Shown here piece by piece: positions 32,901 to 40,414 of a DNA stretch of 40,414 nucleotides (position 1 is the stretch's first letter; each line of letters begins with the position of its first letter). A program made the translations under genes and the position numbers. The notes under the pieces are model-generated. The model was not told the origin of the DNA. It did no database searches and saw only the letters and a program-made list of their open reading frames with translations. Source of the stretch: Chrysochromulina tobinii (taxonomy: Eukaryota); the NCBI GenBank assembly GCA_001275005.1, contig JWZX01002443.1:1-40414 (forward strand), in the 5' to 3' direction.

Positions 32901-34393
32901 GCTTCCCGCTGTGGGAGAGAGAGGTCTACCAAATGCTCCAATCCAATTTAGGATCTCTCAAGTCCATCTTCGCCGCGTACGCCGCCTCGTCGCCGGAGGG
33001 AGATTCGTCCTCGATGGACTTCGAGGAGTTGCACGACTTCGTCATCGAGACGTCGCTGCCCATCGAAGGGTACGGCTGGTTGGCTATGAAGCGCCAGTAC
33101 CTCGAAGCCAACCTGCGCTCGAACGACGAGGTGCTCGAGCTGCACGAGTTCCTCGTCTTCCTCGTGCGCGTCTCCTTTTACCGCGCGAACCCTCGCTACG
33201 GGCTGCGCATCGGCGCCGCAGCTGGCGCCAAGAATGACGGCATCGGCGGCAACTTGGCGCTCTCGGCGGGCCACGCGGCCCTCAAGGGGCAGGGCCAGCG
33301 CGGGGGCCAGCGCAACCCAGCGCTGGGTCCCGTGCTGGGCCGCGAGACAGCGCGGCGCGGCAGCACGGGAGCGCAGCGCGAGCAGGATGCGAGCGCCATC
33401 GAAATGCCGCTACCTGGCTGCCTCTTCGACATGCTCAACGGCTGCGTCATGCCGCACGCGCGGCGCGACGGCGACGTGCAGTACTTCACGGAGACGATCC
33501 TTCCCTCGAAGGATGTGCGTGAGGCGCTCCGGGAGAATGCTCACGATCTCGCCAATTGGTATGAGCTCGTCTCCCAGGGCATGGATCACCTCAACCTCAA
33601 CCAGTGGATCCGCGCTCTCGACGGCGCCCAGATGATCACGGACCTGTGCATCAAGAACTACGTCGTGCGCACCTCGCAGCCGTCGGCGCGCGCCGCGTTC
33701 ATAGCCTCCGCCAAGAACCCCCAAAACGGCCTCACGCCCCACGAGCTGCCGCCGTGCGTGGCGCGCCTCGCGTGCGACAAGTACCGCGCCGTCGATGCCC
33801 TCTCGCACGGAGGCAAGGTGCGTGCGTTCATCAAGAACCTTTTTGGCGTCGCCGACGAGCAGGAGGTACTCACGGCGGTGCCCGAGGCGCCGCCCATCAA
33901 GGGGCGCTCTTCGATGAAGGCGCTCGAGACGGCGCCGACCGAGGGGGCGTACCCAGCCCGCAAGGTCGGCGGAGCACCGACCACGCCGCCGGCCGGCGCC
34001 GCTGGCGAAGGCCCTACCGGGGCAGCTTGGAGCCATCTCGGAGCCGCCGGTGGCGCAGCCCCATCGTGGAGCCACCAGTTCAGTCACGAATTCCCCGACT
34101 TGGAGTCGGCACAGGCGGCCGCGGCTGCGGTGCTCGATGCCGAGGCGCTACTCGACGTCCTCGACCAGTCGGGCACGGGCATCATCATGATTGCCGAGCT
34201 CATTGAGGCCCTGTGTGAACACCATCCGGTGATGGCCGAGGCGCTGCAATCGACCGCGGGTACTATTCTCTTCAATTCTCTTAACAAGCGCGGCGATGAC
34301 TCGATCACGCGTGCCGAGGTGCACGAGGCGTTTGCCCAGGCCATCCTCAAGCATCCCCCACTGCAAGACGTTGTCAGCAAAGTGGGAAGGTAG
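23951..34393 (+). CDS. Giant intronless tandem-repeat protein (~3480 aa) with EF-hand-like helical repeats and a C-terminal EF-hand pair
   Basis: 10.4-kb open frame with strong C/G-ending codons. Motif (F/Y/W)P(L/I/T)W(E/D) recurs at 25670, 26924, 28259, 29477, 30629, 31859 and 32903. Units also carry L.L.EF...LVR(I/V).F.R(A/L)NP..G, (E/I)S.ITGD and L.(F/Y).E..E.(L/I)ARC..DKY. C-terminal LDQSGTGIIMIAEL and LNKRGDDSITRAEV. Start ATG 23951 is chosen; the ORF-track start at 23525 overlaps the opposite gene. Confidence 0.9.
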   Translation: MQEVRANTVRAMIPACPTDDPARLAHVAASAVIAGKSARSGSAPPARPTGAPLSARNPPPSAGPPLSPRASARPPSPRGARPSTGGLTPRRESSEPKKSGAGVAAGAKPASKEAPAAKSKDGTREAQTGASPPKEGRKATAAAAGAKLPGDLRSSKDRDNAANAAAERAASDMGVATDVRGEKEVCGPAMTLEAAVTLGARLDAAGLPHKGRAVDLTRALLAANAPRLVLTFLHYSRLSGVATLREATRFRLAGLQQLARDSGLDSRDFDLNSIARVLSMYVEDAKVGKSAAAAKDVKDSGMPPEHAELRLEQFMQLLVQLAFCWVHPRHGHALFDAPRPNQSFVNQTSVLGKIDETTAVPNAVRKLMESLLPKMKGVECQSYRERLQRDVESQTVLASYKGSIETWAEKLRASFFTSKADPLEHWSKALDAKRCLGTLTVPITDRNGQQRTYKAGLSAAQARVCFLEAQSDVSSVALGRGASMFDTGVVMEALARCGEVKYGAVEAMGTLAKCVGGMVRNVIGRANEIEVLTEAVVGKDLESTEGLAERQEAARAGAWTACWKKMVFKDMVGYPLWEQQLHDVLQPVFPDLQSIFVHYCGSSIQGTMTISSATKLGVMELLTLAKDTQLCNKQFNEDELTRQFSAANAQTALAESGSAERHATVAGVKKKQLPWDPIREAIEKRLKRDTPPQDQHLNLFEFVNFLVRVAFWRANPQWGSKYNKKDLTPVPEAMQLLLDGFLPRARRDTSGEFRELLAEDMSSQHVLSEYREKVHDWLRQALRKDSGKADGLNAAATRLTYGLWVSLMDGPDPEQQKASAARAACPKMVGLWSCRQESQITGDERVLRRNQLELHAKLSIPQVRWNFLRSQRVEQMGEGEVGDDSSYGALDYTELLECLARCAVDMFADAMKTWVPSKDAYAFTMAEAIRAFLRVLLWEASVEYVLWETMLIKAERFDAELHARPLPTQTDAEFQLFRDCWKVMPLMDLYGFPLWEKGVHDVLQAHFMPIMRIFAHYCKGISGIDSAADALEMELDEFHDFVKAARIETPIIRFDTMCTIFAKANATNTQAAYEQRKMERRNSTVQAELERNLDEKARKAREPAHKQGNRPGKAVVDYQGEFAYEGDRFKKPDNRLTLSEFLCCLVRISFLRANPKHGQYDHKGKVDPLPGCLEKMIVSCLLPNATQDASSLFREELQADRHRLAVFEANDEELRYWFHEVTRLTGAHGNKKNAKNLNMETYLDIVRGFLTFHKKPGWSIKKDGEGGLVMKRRTAGRGEVNTLSEFAIVGDCTVQRESDITGDERCKEKFTCRLSVLECKYAFLNSQSLEQMRATEASDDSDQATLDFDEFKECLARCAHAKYGEIKRIPPARGLQGLIDNLFGRASDEAIIRDATYIYATRFDWADSRPLPGQSLALHRQWRDCWQNLEIADLHHFPLWEKEVHDTLQPVFGEIQKIFANYCKSIGGITAEDAVEMTMTEFKKLVKDVHLETRDFKFDVMQNLFKKANALNNNAAHFQRKQEAGNSDVKQGVGSKVRTLEQNSKRRSMRAHGQRDQEMDNELVLYEFVELLVRIAFWRANPYHGLLKLATKLIPLPDCLYSLLHEVILPNAKRDETFAFKERLRQDAHLQAALRQAEPRLRSWFNVHTQSMWLREQRRALQFQQWQDLMKRGWGSRGPLSAQPQVGFCPGQLVGTWEINQDSEITGDERCRNRHSCALSFPTIKLAFIASQSLDQMTVGQAKSTDEFCTLEYSEFEECLARCALDKYRSVKGMRDPAMITAFVANLLGEENTEESMNTATLIRYPRFEWRREAQPLEGQPLREFKRWLGVWQRLELNDLFYFPIWEKEVHDCLQRHFHALSLIFLAYARSALGSDSAEDATEMEMAEFYDFVQECRLETKLINFDMMTNQFIKVNAVNSAAAREQHHDIRRSAGTKMDGKAAELERVKGNNDGTEAVKDQELVLYEFVGLLVRIAFQRANPTFGNFGNKKPVVHLPGCLERMLVDEVLPRARQDSSVVFRQTVMQELSVLKVLEQYGEKLRVWYNNATSNDTAYFDRSEQMGMEQWLRICDQMDLVGIWRCYRESDITGDPATKTEYQWSLSMLQVKLNFADSQDKLGELGAAKASAGESITTLSFQEWLENLARCGVDKYRAVKDIGPAQAVAGFIQNVLNEASPDQVVLAATRISAKPYDAQRLARKLSTDTDADLAKWLDCWSRIELMDMHLWPTWDKEVHDILHPLFKELQLIFLAYTRSISEDSAEDAMEMSMDEFHDFVVDVGLETKKYKFEVMQNQFVKANATNVAQVRQQRVESRRDAQAKGFDREVKSLEKTAYNTDRAGKVKQGTDGQEVKKDAELVLYEWLNMLVRIAFWRANPDFGLWVDKDGDGVKDQEDHVPVPMALSEMLNKLVLPRAKRENSAAFRQKEMRESSVRSALHSVRPRLKVWYTDLQQSALSTDNDTKLGFEEWVKAIRMPHEPTAERPRTDLCGEWEVEQISEITGDPSTRGTQIKCRLSVPTCKAAFMDSQKVEQLGVGQAAANSAQTVLSFDEFIECIARCAIAKYFAVKQMDNGQKILAFVRNLVGEASEETCMLECTAIKAVRYDLAKSKPLPGESAAEHAAFVEAFRKCRLDGVYGWPLWEEEVHKSLHLVFAELSSIFRAYSKSLGEAKDSATARTMSLEEFHDFVVDVGLETDNGAPFNFELMKPLFLEANKSGKGMAGPEADAELEMHEFMSVLVRVCFWRLNPEYGEVTMEHQSELLPVPQCLRQAFDEHILPLARRDDAEQFRLEVMTDPGVRQALYEFRPRLQRWFAEFATADGDTGDGEARVSMGSWIKALESLQGIGTFVCERTSDMVGDERAGDMLRCRLSSPQARGNFVMSQRETGDKGQDTTLDFDELLECIARCGVDKYRGIVQMKLGAKVRAMVGNLLGDVTEEVAMEKATHVSVPRFDLHAEPKPPGLADEQHAEWKHMWSQMSLSDLHGFPLWEREVYQMLQSNLGSLKSIFAAYAASSPEGDSSSMDFEELHDFVIETSLPIEGYGWLAMKRQYLEANLRSNDEVLELHEFLVFLVRVSFYRANPRYGLRIGAAAGAKNDGIGGNLALSAGHAALKGQGQRGGQRNPALGPVLGRETARRGSTGAQREQDASAIEMPLPGCLFDMLNGCVMPHARRDGDVQYFTETILPSKDVREALRENAHDLANWYELVSQGMDHLNLNQWIRALDGAQMITDLCIKNYVVRTSQPSARAAFIASAKNPQNGLTPHELPPCVARLACDKYRAVDALSHGGKVRAFIKNLFGVADEQEVLTAVPEAPPIKGRSSMKALETAPTEGAYPARKVGGAPTTPPAGAAGEGPTGAAWSHLGAAGGAAPSWSHQFSHEFPDLESAQAAAAAVLDAEALLDVLDQSGTGIIMIAELIEALCEHHPVMAEALQSTAGTILFNSLNKRGDDSITRAEVHEAFAQAILKHPPLQDVVSKVGR

Positions 34394-34733
34394 TAGAGGC
34401 AGCAGTTGCCGTACTGCATGGTGCATGGACTCTTGGTACATTTGTTCTCAGGACGTGATCGTGTGTGCGTGCACCGCCCGTGCCGGCCCCGGAATCAGAT
34501 GAATGCGGCGTGGGCGTGTGACGTCCGCGGTGGACGGTGCGACGCTGCGACCGCGGTGTCGCAACGTGCATGTAAGCGGAGATGAAAGCGATACGGAGGG
34601 ACATGCTCTCGACCCTCCGGACACCGCGACCCCGAGCGGTCCCCGGACAATGTAGTCGCGCGCCCGCATGAGTTCACACAAAGATTACACGCACCGCTGT
34701 AGACATTTCCGCAGATGTACGCACGCTCTCCGC

Positions 34734-35351
34734 TCAGCCAAAGATGGACCAGCCCTTCTTCTTTTCTTGCTCGACCTCATTCAGTAGCTGCTTCTGCATG
34801 CGCGTCATGCGTTCCTTCTCCTTCTCGATCTCCTTCTGGCGTGCAGAGTTGTTCTGCTTGGCTTTCTGGTCCTTGCTCTCGAAGACGAACGAGATAGTCA
34901 TGCCCTGACGCACGGCGATCGATTTCTCGAGACGCATTTTGCCAATTCGGCGCGCAGACCACATCTCGTCGCCGAAGGTCGCTGAAACCATCGTGACCTC
35001 GTCACCCTCCTTAATCTTGCCCTCCTTCTTCAGCTTCGCCGCCTCGGTACCCTCGACAATCTTGTCGATGTAGACCGCTTTGCCAAAATCCTCCGTGAAC
35101 TTGAGGCCCAGCTGGATGCCCTGCGTCGCTGCGTTGGGCTTGCGGAAGGTGACCTTCCTGTCGCCGGGGCGTGCATCACGCAGGCTGAGCTCCTCACGCT
35201 GCTTACGGCTCTCGTCGTTGTTTCCGAACAGGTTGATCATCGAGACATCGGTGGTGCGCGCAACGTGCGTACGTGTGGGCTGGATGAGCACGGCCGGCCG
35301 GAAGCCGGCCGAGGCCGCTGCGGAGCAAAGCAGGACGAGTGATCGAAGCAT
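34734..35351 (-). CDS. Plastid-targeted PDZ-domain protein resembling the PDZ part of plant MET1/ZKT (no TPR seen)
   Basis: Bipartite leader MLRSLVLLCSAAASAG-FRP; LGLKF...VYIDKIVEG..A....IKEGDEVTMVSATFGDEMWSA resembles the MET1 PDZ signature (SA.FG.E.W.A); C-terminal coiled coil. Confidence 0.78.
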   Translation of the reverse strand: MLRSLVLLCSAAASAGFRPAVLIQPTRTHVARTTDVSMINLFGNNDESRKQREELSLRDARPGDRKVTFRKPNAATQGIQLGLKFTEDFGKAVYIDKIVEGTEAAKLKKEGKIKEGDEVTMVSATFGDEMWSARRIGKMRLEKSIAVRQGMTISFVFESKDQKAKQNNSARQKEIEKEKERMTRMQKQLLNEVEQEKKKGWSIFG

Positions 35352-35999
35352 TGTTCTTTTGCGAGAGCTTGCGCAGATTGCGAAGTGATTGCGAAGTTAA
35401 CTCGAAGTGGAATGCCGGTCCGGTTCCTTCGTGTCGAATTATAACCCACGCTCGACCTTACTGGGACTTGTTTGCACTGGTGGCATACCGGGATTCGTTG
35501 GGAGCGGGAGGCGGCAGGGGGGCGGCCTCTTCTGAGTCGGCCGCGGGAGCGGTTCTTAAGAGCGGTTGGCTCCGGGGCTGCGGCTGTTGAGTCGGCCGCG
35601 GTTTCGGTCGTCGTGCGGTCGTGCGTGCGGGTGCGTTCATGGGCGTTAGGATGGTTGTGAGGTTGTTCGTCTGTGTGATCCTTGTGCCCACGTGTGCGCC
35701 CGTGTGTGTGTCCCGTCGCCTCCCGTGTGTGAGTCTCGGCTCCCCCCGCCCCCCCGTGTCTTTTTACCGGGATTCGTTCGCGGGTCGCACGTTGACTCGT
35801 GTGAACCCGGTTTTTAATCGAAAATGTACGTCGCACACGCTCATCAGAAATTCTAGCACGAGCCAAGGTCGCTCGCGGGTTCACGACTTCTACGCGTATG
35901 TTGCTTCGGTCGGTATCAACAATGAATACTTTACCGAGACATTGCTCGGGGTATTTTGCTCATGATTTTTCAGCCGGTCTCAACCATGTTTTCTCGCGC

Positions 36000-38340
36000 A
36001 TGGGCAACGCCTCTTGCGCCCAGGCTCTGGCCACCAGAAACTGCTCCGCTTGTGCTTCTGATGCTGCAGCATCAAAAGTTGCTGTCGTTGCGAATGCTGC
36101 ACACTCAGAGGATCTTTACATTTACAGCCACAGCAAGGTATGTGAGCGCAAGACAACGGGTGGAGATGCTTGGGTGGTTGAAGTACGCGGATGGGACTTC
36201 CATCACGGGCAGAGTCAGGAGAAGGTGAGGGCGCTGAAGATGGTATGGAGGGCACCTGCAAAGGACCTCGGGGATGGCCGGTACGTGGCGCATCTCCCGC
36301 ACTTGTTATTTGAGACGGGTCTCGCCGTGGGCGTCTCTGTTTCGCTTTGGTGGACGCGGGCGGATCCGTCGTGGTCTCTCGAGCACTCGTGGAATCAGGT
36401 GCGGCCGCAGAATTCCTCCACCTTGTACGTCGCGCACATCACCGACATGGTCACACCTGCGCCCACAATGCCTCTCCGCTTTCTGCTCACCGAGTGGTAC
36501 GCTCATTGCGCTGACGTCAAGTCCTCTTGCCTGCCTGCTCCCTTGCGGCACATTGCAGACGCGCGTCTCGACTTGGGATGCCCAATCTCAGAGCTTCCGC
36601 GCCTGCGCCCATGCGCTGCCGAGTCCGCACCTCGCGCCCAAGTACATCATACGCGAGGCGCTGGAGCAGCAGGAGCAGCACCTTCCGCAGTGTCATTCCG
36701 CGGAGGACCCGCTGCGTTGTACTGCGGCCATCGCCGCAACCTACAAGCTACACGCGCACGGCCAGCAGCTGCATGGTGGATGGTCATCTCTCTACCCTTG
36801 GCGATTCGACTCGCGACTCGTCCCACTGCTCGGCGGCACACCTCTCCGCAGTGTGCCGAATCGCAGCACGGATGGGACGGTCGATTCTTTCGAGTCTAAT
36901 TTGGATCATGGTGCGCACCGCTGCCCGCCTGGCTCCCAAGGGCGGTGGCTGTCCTCCGAAGCTCGTCGCGAACCCGGGCTAGACCCCGCCAAAGAGGGCG
37001 CAGCCGCGCTGCGAGGGGACCAAATGCATTGGGTGCCCTGGGGCTGCCGCGCCTCGTCCGCGTGTTTCGACGGCTTAGCGATTCGCACTTGCCTCGGCCG
37101 CCGCCGCCTTGTGCTCCTCGGTGACTCCGTCTCCGCCGGCACATTCCTCGACATATGCAGCGCACTCGGGGGGGGCAAGCAATGCGCCGTCTTCAACTGG
37201 GCAACGGGGACGCTGCCGCCGCAGGCGGTGGTGGCGTTCTCACCCTCTACCGGTCTCCCACCGCGCCAAGGGCTGCTCAATCTGTTCGGCAGCACTGATC
37301 CGGACGGCGAGGTCCTCGAGAGACTCCTTACGCGGGCGAACAACACGATCGTCGTGTTCCAGTCAGGCCTGCACGATATCTCCACTTTGGGAGGCTCTCA
37401 CGTGCGCCATCGAATTGCTCCGCTCCTCACGTACCAGTATCATCTGCGTAAGCTCGCGAGGGTGCTGAGCACAGTGAGGCAACGAAATCCGACGGCCACC
37501 TTTGTGTGGAAGCAGACCACCTACCCGAGAGCCTTCACCTCTCCCTTGCAGGCTGATCTCAGAGACTATCCTGAGCGAGCTCTGAACTCCAGTCGGGGCA
37601 GTGTGGACAAGGCCCGGGCGGCCCGCACGTCCGTTTCGCTGTGCAGGGATTTGGCCTTCCCTGCTACCTACACGCCACTAATTGAGAAGCTCAATCAGGC
37701 GGCGAGAGAACTCTTCGCGCCGATGGGGGTCCTCATCTGGGAAGAGCCCGCCCTCATGACCTTCACTGCTCCAGGTGGGTGGATAGTAGCCCGCCATGGC
37801 CGTGTTGCTGGCCAGCAAGCACCCGCGTGCACCCAGCCTGCCTATGCGCCCGCCACGGCGCTCGTCGCGGTGCCCACCACGGCGCCACTACGGCCAGCAT
37901 GCCGCACACGAGCGCGCCCACGCACACCCGTCGATGGTTTATGCGCTGACCACTTAATGCCTTGCCCCAGACACATGCTTCCCCAAGGACCCTACGCACT
38001 TCGACGCGTGCGGGGCAGGGGCGGAGAAATTTGACGTGAGTCAGAAGGCAGGGCGATGCGCTTTGTACCGAATGAATGGCGGCGGGGGCAGACCAGAATG
38101 GGGACGGAATGCGACAGTAAAGAACAACAAGGGCAGCACATTGTCCGCCGTACGACCGGTACGAGACAGCGGGTCGAACCCGCGTCGCTGGGGACCCATG
38201 GCCTAGCACCCAGTTCCGTTGCCCGCTCACCCTGGAAGCTAGCGTCACCCGCGCCTGACCACAGCCTGATTATCTCGCTCATTGCGCTCCTCAGGCTGAA
38301 CAGGTGCAAACTTTGCCGTGGGCTGGAACTGGCGGTCTGA
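36000..38340 (+). CDS. NXPE/PC-esterase (SGNH-type acyltransferase or esterase)-like protein; exon structure only partly resolved
   Basis: N-terminal Ig/filamin-like KTTGGDAWVVEVRG...KDLGDGRYVA; then HWVPWGC...CLGRRRLVLLGDSVS, VVFQSGLHDI, FVWKQT. Splicing GT 37775 to AG 37970 gives DTCFPKDPTHF, supplying the DxxH motif. A frame change near 36500-36650 and the final exon/stop are unresolved. Confidence 0.62.
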
Positions 38341-38518
38341 GCGAAGCGGTTACGCAGACGCTCTTTCCCCTTCTCAACTGCACCTGCGGATAAATCAGTG
38401 TAAATTTACGCCAAAGTTCGCGAAGTATAGTACCTCCATATATTGTGTTGTATTTTGTAACGTTATTTCATATTTGAATTGTATAGACGGTATGCAGAAT
38501 GCAGTATAATTATTAATT

Positions 38519-38672
38519 TCACTCACTCACTCACTCACTCACGCCTCACTCACTCACTCACTCACTCACTCACTCGCACGCCTCACTCACTCACTCACTC
38601 ACTCACTCACTCACTCGAACTCACTCACACTCACTCGCTCACTCACTCACTCGCTCGCTCGCATTCACTCAC
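38519..38672 (+). repeat. (ACTC)n tetranucleotide microsatellite, imperfect
   Basis: Directly visible; lies between two convergent genes. Confidence 0.95.
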
Positions 38673-38765
38673 GCACGCAGTCGAGCCGAAGCGCGAGGAC
38701 ATGCTCACCTCGACGAATTTCCCGGAGCGCCTCAAACTCTTCGCCCCTCTCTTCAGCCCCTCTTT

Positions 38766-39728
38766 TCACCTGCTCCTGTAAAAGACATGCAAAGAGGTTC
38801 CTTGAAACCAAGCATAGTCTTGCGCAACAGACCGAAGATGACTCGTTTCTCTTGCATCGAAAGTAAAGCCCCGCTCTGTTATGCGCCTGATGACATACGT
38901 CGAGCCGCGCTTGTTTACATGAGCAAGTCCGTCGCCTTCTGACCACGATAGCACCAGCCCGCGTTTGCTGCTGTTCAAAACATGAGTCAGAAAGATATCC
39001 TCGAAGGGGATAGGAATGTGTTCTGCAACCTCCAAACATAGAACCCAGTCGGCGCGCGGAAGCATCAGCGTTGGTGAAGTCAAATCTGCATGCTGTACCA
39101 GACCTCGAGTACGCTCGGCTACCCCTGGCGCTCCGTCAAAGGCCCACACGTTCGCCTGGTCCTCTGGCATGCCTCGGTCGTCGCGTAGCCAAGCAGAGTA
39201 GCACCCGAGGCCAGCACCAAGCTCAACAACCGATGCATTGCCAAACAAGGCTGACAAAGCAATGGCCAGTGTCAATTCAATATTGTAGTGATAGCCTGCG
39301 CCTAATTGCCATGCCCCCGTTCGCGTTGGATGCGCATGGGCAGCTCCAGGCGCCGAGGGATCAGCCGAATCCGAGGTATTGCACGGAACAGGGACGCGCC
39401 CACGAATGCATGCCGGAAGGCGGTGCTGATAAGGATGGCAGAACGGCCAGCCTGCTCGTTCTCTCCACTTATGGCAACCTGACCCTTCGCGTGTGATGCA
39501 CACTGGCCGCCATGCATGGCCGACTTGAGTGGATGAAGCGTGAGTGCTGGGCTCCGGCCTGTGTCGCAGGGTCAGAGCTTGTTCTCTCCAGAATTCGAGG
39601 ACGTCCAACGCCCTGATCATGTCGTGCTCCACGGCTTTGAGTTCCTCCTGGATCACCTTCTCGCTGGGAGACGCACTGACTGGCAGGGAGTGCAAAGAGC
39701 AAGAAAGAAGTAACACGACACCGCCCAT
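38766..39728 (-). CDS. Class I SAM-dependent methyltransferase with N-terminal signal/anchor
   Basis: Motif I SVVELGAGLGCY, AFDGAP, ADL, ADWVLCLEVAEHIP, GLVLSWS..DG.AHVN. ATG 39728 gives the hydrophobic leader MGGVVLLLSCSLHSL; the upstream ATG 39875 runs through a DNA repeat. Confidence 0.82.
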   Translation of the reverse strand: MGGVVLLLSCSLHSLPVSASPSEKVIQEELKAVEHDMIRALDVLEFWREQALTLRHRPEPSTHASSTQVGHAWRPVCITREGSGCHKWRERAGWPFCHPYQHRLPACIRGRVPVPCNTSDSADPSAPGAAHAHPTRTGAWQLGAGYHYNIELTLAIALSALFGNASVVELGAGLGCYSAWLRDDRGMPEDQANVWAFDGAPGVAERTRGLVQHADLTSPTLMLPRADWVLCLEVAEHIPIPFEDIFLTHVLNSSKRGLVLSWSEGDGLAHVNKRGSTYVIRRITERGFTFDARETSHLRSVAQDYAWFQGTSLHVFYRSR

Positions 39729-39809
39729 GTCACGTTTTTTGTCTGGCTTTTCGTTTCTTCTCTCAGTGCTTCTCGAGTGCGGCAGCTGCGCGGCTACAGC
39801 GCGGCTCCC

Positions 39810-39866
39810 GTAAAAAGACACCGGGGCTACCGGTAAAAAGACACCGGGGGAGCCGGCTACCGGTAA
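39810..39866. repeat. Short tandem duplication GTAAAAAGACACCGGGG x2 with GGCTACCGGTAA x2
   Basis: Copies at 39810-39826 and 39833-39849; GGCTACCGGTAA at 39825 and 39855. Confidence 0.8.
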
Positions 39867-40035
39867 CTCCCTCATGTGCCTTGATTAGGGACAAAATTAT
39901 GCGCCTGGTTTTTTGTTGAATCGGTCAAGAAATCACCTTTACGCTTTAGAGAAACGAAGCGACGGCAAACGGCAAGCCTACCGGTACACATGTAACGGGG
40001 GGTTCGAGTTCCGGAGTTCGAGAAGCAGCGTGAGT

Positions 40036-40414
40036 GTTCAGTTCAGTTCAGTTCAGTTCAAATGGCGTCCCTCGTCGTTCCTCTCTTCCTGACCCCTCTG
40101 GCGCAAGCGATCGGGAGGGCACGGCGCGGCGCAACTGGAATGGCTGGACGAGCGGTGTCATGGTCTGGTTACCCCAGTGCCGCACGTCGAGCGCGCGCGG
40201 CCCGCCTCTGACGAGTTTGGGCGTTTTGGCGTTTGGACTAGACATGGCCGTCAAGGCGGCGATGGCGGCTGGCGCAGCAGCGGCAAGGGCGCTCGAGGGC
40301 GTTACTGAGTGATGTGCGCCACACCCAGACCACGCACCATCTCACGCATGCGTGTGCGCGCGCGATACAGGTGCCTGCAACATGCCATGGGTGCAGCAAC
40401 GAAGGTGATTGCGC
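40036..40414. mobile_element. (GTTCA)5 tract plus dispersed repeat, copy 2, truncated by the window end
   Basis: (GTTCA)5 at 40036-40060; 40371-40414 is identical to 19835-19878. Confidence 0.6.

Noticed and set aside
35795..35890. Inverted pair GTGAACCCG/CGGGTTCAC as a MITE
   Set aside because: Only 9 bp, no target duplication and no second copy in the window.
38479..38781. HSLT-repeat ORF
   Set aside because: Translation of the (ACTC)n microsatellite.
1..40414. tRNA, rRNA or telomeric repeats
   Set aside because: None recognised by eye; tRNAscan-SE and Infernal would be needed to exclude them.

Overview
GC-rich, gene-dense eukaryotic nuclear DNA. A haptophyte alga (Chrysochromulina-like) is the likely source; this is inferred from short GT/GC-AG introns, bipartite plastid-targeting peptides, C/G-ending codons and the CTGATTGCCTCCCTCATCAG-type intron. 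About ten genes are supported: (1) an 11-exon myosin whose tail fuses IQ, an ER/K single-alpha-helix, a CEP164-like WW module, a Tubby domain and WD40 repeats; (2) an intronless 2548-aa NLR-like protein (UIM-like, degenerate kinase-like, UBA-like, NACHT, LRR, RING); (3) a TTLL9-like tubulin polyglutamylase with a 65-nt intron flanked by a 17-bp direct duplication; (4) a two-pore K+ channel with EF hands; (5) a Ttd14/NadR-type P-loop protein with a signal peptide; (6) a small plastid-targeted protein; (7) an intronless ~3480-aa protein made of 7-8 tandem ~350-445-aa EF-hand-like repeats; (8) a MET1-like plastid PDZ protein; (9) an NXPE/PC-esterase (SGNH)-like gene; (10) a class I SAM methyltransferase. 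Intergenic DNA holds repeat or transposon debris, including a dispersed element next to (GTTCA)n seen twice. All family assignments come from visual motif recognition, not database searches.
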